NCBI GenBank assembly: GCA_963666625.1
Contig: OY762925.1
Coordinates: forward strand, 2,373,792-2,437,791
Direction of reading: 5' to 3'
Length of the DNA: 64,000 nt
Origin: Arenicellales bacterium
GTDB taxonomy: Bacteria; Pseudomonadota; Gammaproteobacteria; Arenicellales; JAJDZL01
In this document: piece after piece, positions 16,871-25,308 of the stretch
How positions within the stretch are numbered: the first letter of the stretch is position 1
Layout: each line of letters opens with the position of its first letter
The notes under the pieces: generated by a model
The model's input: the letters and a program-made list of their open reading frames with translations, nothing else
Told to the model about the DNA's origin: nothing
Databases searched by the model: none
Program-made: the position numbers and the translations under genes

Positions 16871-18418
16871 ATGAAATCAAAAATTATACGTTCACCAGTT
16901 TCCTGGTGGATTGTTGCAGCAGTTGTCCTGTCGATTTCGGCACTCTTGCTTACGCGGCCGATTCCCTCCGTGCTCGCGACGGACAACTCCCCGGTCAATT
17001 CAGGTCTGAGTGGCGATGTCATCCACACAGGATTCGCAAATCTGGTTGAGGCTGTCGCGCCGACTGTGGTGTCGGTTCATGTCAAGACAACCAGGTTGAC
17101 GGAAAGTTCGAACATGATGGAAGAGTACTTTTCCAACCTGCCGGAAGGTTTGCGAAACTTTCCCAACTGGAATTTCTGGGAAAATTTCGGTCCTGATCAG
17201 TTCAATCCGCACCAATATCGCGGACCTCGAAATGATAAGAGAAGGTTTGGCCAGGAAGTCGGCGGTTCGGGAGTGATTATAGATGCACAAGGGTACGTCA
17301 TCACCAATCATCATGTCGTCGAGGATGCGGAACAGATCCTGGTCACGACAATGCATGGCACCTCATATCCGGCCATGATGATCGGTGAGGACCCGGTAGC
17401 GGACATTGCTGTTCTGAAAATCGAGAGTGATGATACATTTCCATTCGTCGAGTTCGGAGATTCTCGAGAAGTGAGAGTAGGTGACTGGGTAGTCGCGATC
17501 GGTAACCCATTCGGATTGTCCGGTACTGTGACTCTGGGTGTGCTTTCCGCGAAAGCGAGATCGATGCCCAATTCAGCCCCTCAGGTACCGCTGTTTCAGG
17601 TTGACGCAGCAATAAACGAGGGAAATTCCGGTGGACCGCTGTTCAATACTAAAGGTCAGGTGATCGGTCTGAACACCCTGATTCTTTCACCTACCGGAAC
17701 CAGTGTCGGTCTCAATTTTGCCGTTCCTTCCGAAGTATTGGAGCATGTGTCTTACGAGTTGATTGAGAACGGCAGGGTTTCACGAGGACAGCTTGGAATC
17801 CTGATTCAGGATATCACACCCGACATCGCGAGTGTTCTGAGCCTGGGTACAGATTCTCAGGGAAGCTGGGGCGCCATGGTTGCAGATGTTTATCCGGACA
17901 GTCCGGCACAGCGAGCTGGAATCCAATACGGCGATATCGTCCTTGAATATGACCAGCAACAAGTTGACAAGGTTGCGACCCTGCAATCGATGGTCAGACA
18001 GACTACGCCCGGAGATGAGGTGACTGTCGTAGTATTTCGAGACGGTGAAACAGTGTCACTGGACGTAAAGGTAGGCGACATGGCAGGCAACAACGAAATC
18101 GTGGTTGCCCAAGACGACCGGGATCAGCCATCAATTGGAATAAAGATTTCCGAGTTGAATCCGGAATTGCGCTCGCAGTTGAATATCGATGAAGATGTCG
18201 ATGGGATTGTGGTGGTTGAGGTCCTGCCCGGAAGTCCGGCGGAAATGGCTGGTCTGCGACCGGGTGACATCATTCACTCACTGGACCGGCAGTCTGTCAG
18301 CTCGGTGAACCAATTTCTAGGCAACTTTGAGAAGATTGCAGAATCCGGATCAGACAAGGTTTTGTTGCACGTCGAACGCAACGGTTCCAAAAGCTTTACT
18401 GTATTGGATCTGTCTTAA
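16871..18418 (+). CDS. DegP/DegQ-family periplasmic serine endoprotease (trypsin domain + two PDZ domains)
   Basis: 515 aa. Signal peptide, catalytic His (VITNHHVV), Asp (DIAVLKI) and Ser (GNSGGPL), then two PDZ-like segments (GIQYGDIVLEY..., GLRPGDIIHSLD...). Confidence 0.9.
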   Translation: MKSKIIRSPVSWWIVAAVVLSISALLLTRPIPSVLATDNSPVNSGLSGDVIHTGFANLVEAVAPTVVSVHVKTTRLTESSNMMEEYFSNLPEGLRNFPNWNFWENFGPDQFNPHQYRGPRNDKRRFGQEVGGSGVIIDAQGYVITNHHVVEDAEQILVTTMHGTSYPAMMIGEDPVADIAVLKIESDDTFPFVEFGDSREVRVGDWVVAIGNPFGLSGTVTLGVLSAKARSMPNSAPQVPLFQVDAAINEGNSGGPLFNTKGQVIGLNTLILSPTGTSVGLNFAVPSEVLEHVSYELIENGRVSRGQLGILIQDITPDIASVLSLGTDSQGSWGAMVADVYPDSPAQRAGIQYGDIVLEYDQQQVDKVATLQSMVRQTTPGDEVTVVVFRDGETVSLDVKVGDMAGNNEIVVAQDDRDQPSIGIKISELNPELRSQLNIDEDVDGIVVVEVLPGSPAEMAGLRPGDIIHSLDRQSVSSVNQFLGNFEKIAESGSDKVLLHVERNGSKSFTVLDLS

Positions 18419-18460
18419 TGATTTTTACCTCCTAACTTCTTCTTTATTACTCCTCATTTG

Positions 18461-18500
18461 GCCCGTCGCGGATGAATGCATGTCAGCGGCGGGCTCTTTT
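18461..18500 (+). terminator. Rho-independent terminator after the degP-like gene
   Basis: Stem GCCCGTCGC (18461-18469) pairs with GCGGCGGGC (18486-18494), 9 bp including one G-U, followed by TCTTTT (18495-18500). Confidence 0.7.
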
Positions 18501-18569
18501 CTTGCCATGAGGAAAAATTTCTAATAGACTAAATTAAGTGTTGCTCGATAACTTTGGGAGACAGCATCA

Positions 18570-19337
18570 ATGGATAGGAAACGGAAGCGAAAAATTCTTT
18601 TGGTCGAAGACTTGGAAGTCATTCGGAACGATTTTACGGAAGTTTTGGCTGACGCCGGATATCACGTTGACACTGCCGGAGACGGTCAAGAGGCGTTGGA
18701 AAAAATCGAAAAGTTTGCGTATGACCTGATCATCCTGGATAGAAAGCTTAATGAGAGCAACCCTTATGGAAGGTACAACAATGGTGTCGAATTCGCTGCA
18801 TATCTTCGCGAAAAGGGCCATATCATGCCGATTCTTGCCGTGAGTGCCTACATTCCGGCTGAAGATGATGTGATCAGCATGAAGAAGGTTGGCATAAACG
18901 GATATCTCAGGAAAAAGGATCTGAATCCGACAAATATTCGCGAAATGCTTCCAAAGAAAATCGAATCCACGATTTCCAAATGGGAATCTGAAAAAGAATG
19001 CTCGGACAAACCGAGAATCTCGGTGGGAGATTTCACTCTTGATCTTCAGACATGGATATTGCACGTACGCGGTGTCGATATCAAATGCACGAAAATGCAG
19101 CGTGATATTCTTGAAGTGTTGATGAGGAAGCCGATTAGTATCGTTACCCGCGAGGAGATTCACGACGCGGTATGGAAATCTGTTGTCAGAAAGGACAAAT
19201 ACGAAAAAACCATCGCAACTCACATCTCCAACCTGAATTCGAAATATCGCGAGGAAACTTCAAATCCAGAAAAATTTGTCGAAATGGTCGGGGACGGTTA
19301 TGTTCTGCGGCCCCAGGCATTGGGACTGACCGAATAA
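18570..19337 (+). CDS. Response regulator, OmpR/PhoB-type winged-helix output
   Basis: 255 aa. Receiver domain (KILLVEDLEVIR...DLIILDRKL...PILAVSA) and C-terminal trans-regulatory wHTH (FTLDLQTWILHVRGVDIKCTKMQRDILEVLM...VGDGYVLR). Confidence 0.85.
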   Translation: MDRKRKRKILLVEDLEVIRNDFTEVLADAGYHVDTAGDGQEALEKIEKFAYDLIILDRKLNESNPYGRYNNGVEFAAYLREKGHIMPILAVSAYIPAEDDVISMKKVGINGYLRKKDLNPTNIREMLPKKIESTISKWESEKECSDKPRISVGDFTLDLQTWILHVRGVDIKCTKMQRDILEVLMRKPISIVTREEIHDAVWKSVVRKDKYEKTIATHISNLNSKYREETSNPEKFVEMVGDGYVLRPQALGLTE

Positions 19338-19406
19338 CGCGGTATCATTCCAACCGAATTCTGCCGGTTGAAAGCCTGCATTACCGAATGATCCAGAGGA
19401 CTATGC

Positions 19407-20840
19407 GTGATCGCAATTAAGGAAAGACTATTTTTCCGTTTCAGGAATTCGAGTTTCATTCTCGCGGTCGTGTTTGCCACGCTGATCGGTGTGGCTTTCA
19501 TTGTGACTTGGTCAGTCATGGGGTATTTCACTGTTCAGTATCAATACGATCTTCTGGACGATGAGATGAGGGAAATTGTCAGTACGAATTTTTCAAATGA
19601 GCGGGAACCGCCTTCAAAATCGAAATTGGTGAGGATTGTTGAGGAACGTAGCAAGACTCAGATTCCTACCGGTCCATACGTTTATTTGCTTTGGGACGCC
19701 GAAAGATTCAATTCCAACTGGCTTGCCGGAAATCTGTTGTCGAGACCGGAGTTCGACTATGACAAATATGGTCGCGGTCGTTTCAAGGTATCTTACGAAG
19801 GTGATTTGTATGAATACTATGGCAGGGCGATAAGAATTTATGATACCTATGTTCTTCTTGTCGGACGGAAGTTCACGACTAATGCGTTCCTGGACAAGCC
19901 GATTTACTGGACTTTATTCGCCTTATTCATGATCACATTGAGTATTTGGGGGTCCAGGATTTTCTCAAAGTATTTGGCTCGGCGTATGCAGGATTTCAAT
20001 ACCACCATCAGCGACGTGATGGAAGGGACCGATTTGGGCGAGCGAATTCCATTGGAGCAGCGAGAGGATCAAATCGAAAAGACTGCAAAATTGTTCAACA
20101 AGATGTTGGACAGAATTCAGACTAATACCCAGCACAGCAAGCTGGCCACTCAAGAAATCGCTCACCGGATCATGAGTGATGTCTGGAGTGTCGAGAGCCA
20201 TATTCATCAATCAAAAAGGGCGATCGAAGAGTCAAAAGATAACCAGCAAGTTGCTGACACGATTGATGCAGCCGCCGATGCCGTCGCAGATCTGAGGACG
20301 GGTATTGACGGTTTGTACGAATTGCTTTGTATCAAGAATGAGCCGGTTGTGAAAGTGGAAATCACTTTGCATGATCTGATTGAAAAATGCCAGATGAATG
20401 ATGAGGAGTCTGAGTTTCGGGAATTGACTGCAAAAAAGGGAATTATTGTCGAAATTGACGAAGAAGCGTTTGATTCAAGAAAAATACTTGCATCGGAAGT
20501 TCACCTGAAAACCGCGATCAATAATCTGATGATCAACGCAGCCAAGTACACACCTGAAAATGGCGGAATCAGAATCCACGTTGAGGCGGGTGATACCGGA
20601 ATATCTGTTGTGGTGTCAAACTCCGGACACGGAATCAAGCCCGAGGACCGGGATCGGGTGAGCAAGGCGTTTATCCGGCTGGATCAGGATCAGCCGGGAG
20701 CTGGAATGGGGTTGCATATCGTTTCAGACATCGCCAATGCGCATCGGATAGACCTGATATTCGAGGATGAGTCTCCTGGCGAATTCGAACCGGGTTTGAG
20801 AGTGAAATTGGGACCTTTCCAATTGCCGGAACATCCGTAA
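19407..20840 (+). CDS. Sensor histidine kinase
   Basis: 477 aa (GTG start). Two TM segments flank a periplasmic region, followed by a HAMP-like linker, a His-containing helix (IAHRIMSDV) and an HATPase_c domain (NLMINAAKYTP...SNSGHGI...GAGMGLHIV). Confidence 0.8.
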   Translation: MIAIKERLFFRFRNSSFILAVVFATLIGVAFIVTWSVMGYFTVQYQYDLLDDEMREIVSTNFSNEREPPSKSKLVRIVEERSKTQIPTGPYVYLLWDAERFNSNWLAGNLLSRPEFDYDKYGRGRFKVSYEGDLYEYYGRAIRIYDTYVLLVGRKFTTNAFLDKPIYWTLFALFMITLSIWGSRIFSKYLARRMQDFNTTISDVMEGTDLGERIPLEQREDQIEKTAKLFNKMLDRIQTNTQHSKLATQEIAHRIMSDVWSVESHIHQSKRAIEESKDNQQVADTIDAAADAVADLRTGIDGLYELLCIKNEPVVKVEITLHDLIEKCQMNDEESEFRELTAKKGIIVEIDEEAFDSRKILASEVHLKTAINNLMINAAKYTPENGGIRIHVEAGDTGISVVVSNSGHGIKPEDRDRVSKAFIRLDQDQPGAGMGLHIVSDIANAHRIDLIFEDESPGEFEPGLRVKLGPFQLPEHP

Positions 20841-20895
20841 AAACCCTGCCTTGACTCCCATTAAGCTCGATTCGTAGCTCCGGAGTTAGAACGAA

Positions 20896-21816
20896 ATGAT
20901 TGGGCCGCTACAACGTGAAATTCATCAATCCGCTGCCGAGCGAATTGAAAAGTGGAATAAAAAGGCGGTTCGCGAATTTGATTGTCCCGTCACCGCGATG
21001 TTCTGGAATGCCTGCGTCGGTGAGCTCACTTCGATCAAGCCTGGAAATGTCCATTGTTTCGCCGCCGGTCACGGTATGGATGTCGAACATTTTCTAAAAA
21101 GTGCCTACGCGGTGGCGGGCGTTCTGATGAATTCAGAACTGACACTTGCTCAGAAAATCTTTGAATCGGTGCAGGCAACACAGCAGGTGGTGGCAATGAA
21201 CACAAACCTGGGGATTATTTTGCTGTGTGCGCCGATTGTACAGGCATGTATCGTGCGATCGACGACAACACTTCGGCAATCCATTCAAGATGAGATTGAA
21301 GCTTTGGAAGTCGAAGACGCGAGACTGATTGTTGATGCCATTCGCGTGGCTGCTCCCTCTGGGCTCGGAAAGTCCAAACACTACGATGTATTTGAGCCTG
21401 TAAGTTCACCGATACGGGAGATCATGGCATACGCACAGGACAGAGACATGATCGCCCGACAGTATGCTTCCGGTTATTCCGACATATTTGGATTTGGGTT
21501 TCAGACAATCGAAGCGTTGCGAAAAATCAATCCAGGCGAATCAGAACTTGTAACCGGTCTATTCCTCTCTTTTCTCAGCGAGTACCCGGATTCTCATGTT
21601 TTCAGGCAGCACGGTTCAGCGGTGGCTGAAGAAGTTCAGAAAGAAGCCGTTGAACTATGTTGCAAGTTTCTGGACACCAGACCAACCAGTGAGATTATGG
21701 ATCAGTTGTTGCGTGTTGATTCAGAATGGAAACGACGGGATATCAATCCGGGTACCACTGCGGATTTGACAGTTGCAACTCTTTTTGCACACGGCATTGT
21801 AAATGGAGTAAATTAG
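20896..21816 (+). CDS. Triphosphoribosyl-dephospho-CoA synthase (CitG/MdcB) family protein, H4MPT-linked type
   Basis: 306 aa. PGNVH near the N-terminus and INPGTTADLTVATLF near the C-terminus resemble CitG-family motifs. Lies directly upstream of fae, as in methylotroph H4MPT gene clusters. Confidence 0.7.
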   Translation: MIGPLQREIHQSAAERIEKWNKKAVREFDCPVTAMFWNACVGELTSIKPGNVHCFAAGHGMDVEHFLKSAYAVAGVLMNSELTLAQKIFESVQATQQVVAMNTNLGIILLCAPIVQACIVRSTTTLRQSIQDEIEALEVEDARLIVDAIRVAAPSGLGKSKHYDVFEPVSSPIREIMAYAQDRDMIARQYASGYSDIFGFGFQTIEALRKINPGESELVTGLFLSFLSEYPDSHVFRQHGSAVAEEVQKEAVELCCKFLDTRPTSEIMDQLLRVDSEWKRRDINPGTTADLTVATLFAHGIVNGVN

Positions 21817-21896
21817 ACAACGTAGTTAGTACAAATGAAAAAAAGACTTCCGGATGGGAGTTTTCGATAATTTTCAATTGAAAAGGAGGTGACGAG

Positions 21897-22403
21897 ATGA
21901 CGATTGATAACGTGAGAGTAGGGGAATCCCTGGTAGGTGACGGCAACGAGGTTGCTCACATCGACCTGTTACTTGGTCCGCGCGGTTCTGCCGTTGAAGC
22001 GGCATTTTGCAACACGTTGTGTAATAACAAAGACGGATTTACCAGTTTGCTCGCCGTAGCATCCCCCAACGTTCCGGCAAAGCCGAACACCGTAATGTTC
22101 AATAAGGTCACCATGAAAGGTGCAAAGCAAGCGGTACAGATGTTCGGGCCGGCACAGAGAGGAGTCGCTATGGCCGTGATCGACAGCGTGGAAGATGGTA
22201 CCATCCCGGCTGATGAGGCTGATGATCTGTTCATTTGTGTCGGCGTATTCATTCACTGGGACGCCGAAGATGATGCAAAAATTCAGGACTACAATTACGA
22301 AGCGACACGGGAAGCCATCAGACGGGCTGTCACCGGCAAGCCGGACGCACAGGAAGTGATCGCCCAGAAAGGAGCGGCACATCCATTTGCGGCTCACGAA
22401 TAA
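21897..22403 (+). CDS. fae: Formaldehyde-activating enzyme (5,6,7,8-tetrahydromethanopterin hydro-lyase)
   Basis: 168 aa. Near-collinear with Fae as I recall it: [63 protein letters not shown]. Strong SD AAAGGAGGTG. Confidence 0.9.
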   Translation: MTIDNVRVGESLVGDGNEVAHIDLLLGPRGSAVEAAFCNTLCNNKDGFTSLLAVASPNVPAKPNTVMFNKVTMKGAKQAVQMFGPAQRGVAMAVIDSVEDGTIPADEADDLFICVGVFIHWDAEDDAKIQDYNYEATREAIRRAVTGKPDAQEVIAQKGAAHPFAAHE

Positions 22404-22427
22404 AACAAAACCCAAAATTGCTACAGA

Positions 22428-22459
22428 GTGCCGGCTGTGTCTGTCATAGCTGGCACTTT
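22428..22459. terminator. Possible bidirectional hairpin between convergent fae and ggt
   Basis: GTGCCGGCT (22428-22436) pairs with AGCTGGCAC (22448-22456), 9 bp including one G-U. Followed by only TTT on the plus strand, so the U-tract is weak. Confidence 0.4.
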
Positions 22460-22469
22460 GACGCGATTG

Positions 22470-24212
22470 CTAACGACCAGCTGCCAAGCCTTCCCGCCGT
22501 GGGTCGGAACCACCGATTAGTGTGCCGGCCGACGTAATCTGGATAATGTTCAGTCCAGAGGTCATATTTTTGACATTCACCTCGTAACCCAGTTCTTCAA
22601 GCCCTTCCAGTATACGTGCCGGTGTATTCGGTTCGACAGTGACACTACCGCTGTTGCGATGCGAGACGTGTGGCAACGCGGAAGCGCTCGCAGGGTTGAG
22701 ATCATAGACAAGCATAGCGATCAGGCTTTGTGCCACATACTCCGGTATTCGGCTTCCGCCAGGCGAACCAACAATTGCTACTGGTCTATCGTCTGAGTAG
22801 ACAATGGTTGGAGACATTGATGAGCGGGGACGCTTTTCCGGTGCTGGGGCATTGGCGATGAGCAAACCGTCGGTGCTCCAGGGACGGAAAGAGAAATCGG
22901 TCAGCTGATTGTTGAGCAAGAATCCACCCGCCATACGACCCGACCCGAACGCAGTTTCAATTGAAGCCGTCAGACTTACCGCAAGTCCATCTTCATCGAC
23001 AACTGAAACATGGGTCGTACCTGGCAAATCCTCCTGTAAGTCCGGTGCCCAGCGCGCAACCGTTCGACGTGGAGGTTCACCCGCAACCGCCTTGTCCTCC
23101 TGCGCCTTGAAACGGTCGATTAGCTGGGCGCGTGAGTTGATGTACTCGGGGTTGAGCAGACCTTCAACCGGTACCGCTATGAAATCACTATCTGCCAGAT
23201 AGTAGGCGCGGTCAGCGTAGGCCAACTGCGAAGCGCATGCAAAAATATGCCAGAGTGTCGGGTTATTGACTCCAAGCTCGTCCAGATCAAATCCCTCAAG
23301 CAACATAAGAATCTGACCAACCGTGGTTGCACCTGACGAGGGTGGTCCCATACCACAGACACGATATTTCCTGAAGGGATGGCAGATAGCTGGACGTTCG
23401 ATTACTTGGTAGTTCTTCAGGTCTTCGAGACTGAGCGTGCCCGGACGCGGGTTTCGGTTTGCAGCAGCAACAATTTCACGTGCGAGTTCGCCCGTATAGA
23501 AGAAATCCGTACCGTTTTCGGCGATGCCTTCCAAGGTTCGGGCGAGCCTTGGCTGTTTTAAAGTGCTTCCTACAGACAATGGCTTTCTGTCAGGAATGTA
23601 TAGATCCGCTGCGTCCGAATTCATCAGGCGTTCGGAATATGCGTCAAGCAGATGGGCCAGGCGCGGGCTCACTTCAAACCCATCGCGTGCCAGTCCGATT
23701 GCTGGTTGAAACAAATCCTTCCAAGGTAATTTTCCGTGGTGTTCGTGAAGTGTTTCCATCAATCGTAGCAATCCAGGAACACCGATGGAGCGGCCGGAGG
23801 AAACTGCGTCAGGAAATTGAAGCGGTCTGCCATTCTCTATAAAGAGTCCGGGAGTAGCCCCAGCCGGTGCTTTCTCTCGGGCATCCCAGCTTGTCAGTCC
23901 AGATGAACTATGGACAAGTGCGAATGCACCGCCGCCAATTCCACTTGATTGTGGCTCAACCACATTTAAAACCAGTAAAGCTGCAATTGTTGCATCGACC
24001 GCTGACCCTCCGGCCAACATGATTTCATCCCCGGTGATGGCCGCGAGTGGATTCGCCGCGACAATCATGTGTTCCTGTGTTTTGACGGAGGGATATGCTT
24101 TGATGCTTCCGGCGACTTCGGGGTCGGTTTGCGTTTGCCCTGAAACGATATGAGCGAACAGTGTGAATGCAAAAAAGACAGTCAACCGCATGAGTGGTGT
24201 TCCATCAGTCAA
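22470..24212 (-). CDS. ggt: Gamma-glutamyltransferase
   Basis: 580 aa. Signal peptide, the autoprocessing region ...PGTTHVSVVD..., and ...GSPGGSRI... are conserved GGT motifs. Confidence 0.9.
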   Translation of the reverse strand: MTDGTPLMRLTVFFAFTLFAHIVSGQTQTDPEVAGSIKAYPSVKTQEHMIVAANPLAAITGDEIMLAGGSAVDATIAALLVLNVVEPQSSGIGGGAFALVHSSSGLTSWDAREKAPAGATPGLFIENGRPLQFPDAVSSGRSIGVPGLLRLMETLHEHHGKLPWKDLFQPAIGLARDGFEVSPRLAHLLDAYSERLMNSDAADLYIPDRKPLSVGSTLKQPRLARTLEGIAENGTDFFYTGELAREIVAAANRNPRPGTLSLEDLKNYQVIERPAICHPFRKYRVCGMGPPSSGATTVGQILMLLEGFDLDELGVNNPTLWHIFACASQLAYADRAYYLADSDFIAVPVEGLLNPEYINSRAQLIDRFKAQEDKAVAGEPPRRTVARWAPDLQEDLPGTTHVSVVDEDGLAVSLTASIETAFGSGRMAGGFLLNNQLTDFSFRPWSTDGLLIANAPAPEKRPRSSMSPTIVYSDDRPVAIVGSPGGSRIPEYVAQSLIAMLVYDLNPASASALPHVSHRNSGSVTVEPNTPARILEGLEELGYEVNVKNMTSGLNIIQITSAGTLIGGSDPRREGLAAGR

Positions 24213-25056
24213 CTGTTGTTCGACCGCAGAGTGAATTCCAACGTTCAGGAGAGTAGTTTTCGTACGTTACTGGAGTTTGACAGCGCTTGCATATCAATTT
24301 ACGACGCGCGTGCCGACCGGTAAACCAACCGCAGTTGTGACATTTCATGATTAGTTTTGGTGGTGTGAAGTTCGAATCATGAGTCCGATTTCCGCTGCAA
24401 CCGATTTCTTTGGCTTTTGAGTACCAAATTTGGTCGTGTCCGTGCTCGGGACCTACGAGCGCATGAGCAATCTCGTGTAGGATCGTGTCCTTGATATCAT
24501 AGTCGCTTGCGTTGAGGCAGAACTCTTCCGACATGGTAATGGTCTTCTCGGCGTAAGAACATCGGCCGAGACGACGGTTGGCGTAGTCGAAGTTGAAGCG
24601 CCATCCATCCAACTTATGGTGTCGGATTAGTTCGTCGGCCTGACTCGCAATTGCATCCAGGCGTTTCCGGTTTTCGTAACCGACTCGACTGGAACTGATC
24701 GGGTCAAGTTGCGCATAGGGTACGTTCCACTGTTGCTTTTCGACCAGAACTCTGGCGAATTTCGGATTCGTACGAACTATCTTGCCGGAGAGTATTGTTC
24801 CACTGGAATTGGTAAATTGGACTTCGTCACCGTTTAGGAACTGTGATTTTTTCAGTTGGTTCTCCGTGTATACGCGCTTGGGTTTTATCCCCTTTCGAAG
24901 TCTCAATGCATAGATGTGTGTGCGATGCTCCGAACCATCTTCGGTGATGATTTCCGCCATACTCCCCCTTATCGACGCGATGAAACCTTCTTTCTGTTGA
25001 TTGTCCGTACCAAAATATGAAATGGGGTCGCTTACTTTGAATTTATGAAGAGTCAT
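24205..25056 (-). CDS. SprT-like zinc metalloprotease-domain protein with two N-terminal SH3/KOW-like repeats
   Basis: 283 aa. HEIAHALVGPEHGH (HExxH) plus a C-terminal zinc ribbon CHNCGW...CKRCQ. The N-terminus has two similar ~50-aa segments (FKVSDPISYF...GFIASI..., FLNGDEVQFT...GKIVRT...). The stop overlaps the ggt start by 8 nt. Confidence 0.75.
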   Translation of the reverse strand: MTLHKFKVSDPISYFGTDNQQKEGFIASIRGSMAEIITEDGSEHRTHIYALRLRKGIKPKRVYTENQLKKSQFLNGDEVQFTNSSGTILSGKIVRTNPKFARVLVEKQQWNVPYAQLDPISSSRVGYENRKRLDAIASQADELIRHHKLDGWRFNFDYANRRLGRCSYAEKTITMSEEFCLNASDYDIKDTILHEIAHALVGPEHGHDQIWYSKAKEIGCSGNRTHDSNFTPPKLIMKCHNCGWFTGRHARRKLICKRCQTPVTYENYSPERWNSLCGRTTVD

Positions 25057-25121
25057 TTGGGTAAGGGAAAGTTAGAATTTATGTAACTAGTTGAATCTGA
25101 ATGTAGAAAACGAACAAAATT

Positions 25122-25150
25122 TGGTCTCCTTGGGTGGGATTCGAACAACC
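25122..25150 (-). other. tRNA 3'-end-like fragment (T-loop/T-stem/acceptor/CCA), no complete tRNA
   Basis: The reverse complement reads GGTTGTTCGAATCCCACCCAAGGAGACCA, i.e. a TTCGAAT T-loop, a C-rich T-stem strand, an acceptor-like strand and CCA. No complementary 5' acceptor or T-stem strand lies upstream, so it is a fragment. Confidence 0.4.
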
Positions 25151-25308
25151 AGAAAATTGCATCTTATCAAAAATCAGAGTTCTCGATGATTGATAAATGA
25201 TATCACTGACAGTTCCAATTTTGAGTAGAACAAATTGGAGAGTTGTGAAATTACAATAGCATTATTCTTTTGAGTCTCTAATTCCCAATCAAATTCAAAG
25301 GTCAATTG

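Noticed and set aside
18567-19223. 218-aa minus-strand ORF opposite the response-regulator gene
   Set aside because: It is antisense to an ORF with unambiguous receiver and winged-helix motifs, and it has no features of its own.
25081-25200. A complete tRNA gene around the TTCGAATCC motif
   Set aside because: Only the 3' ~25-29 nt look tRNA-like. No 5' acceptor strand, D-arm, anticodon arm or complementary T-stem strand can be found upstream. It is therefore reported only as a fragment.
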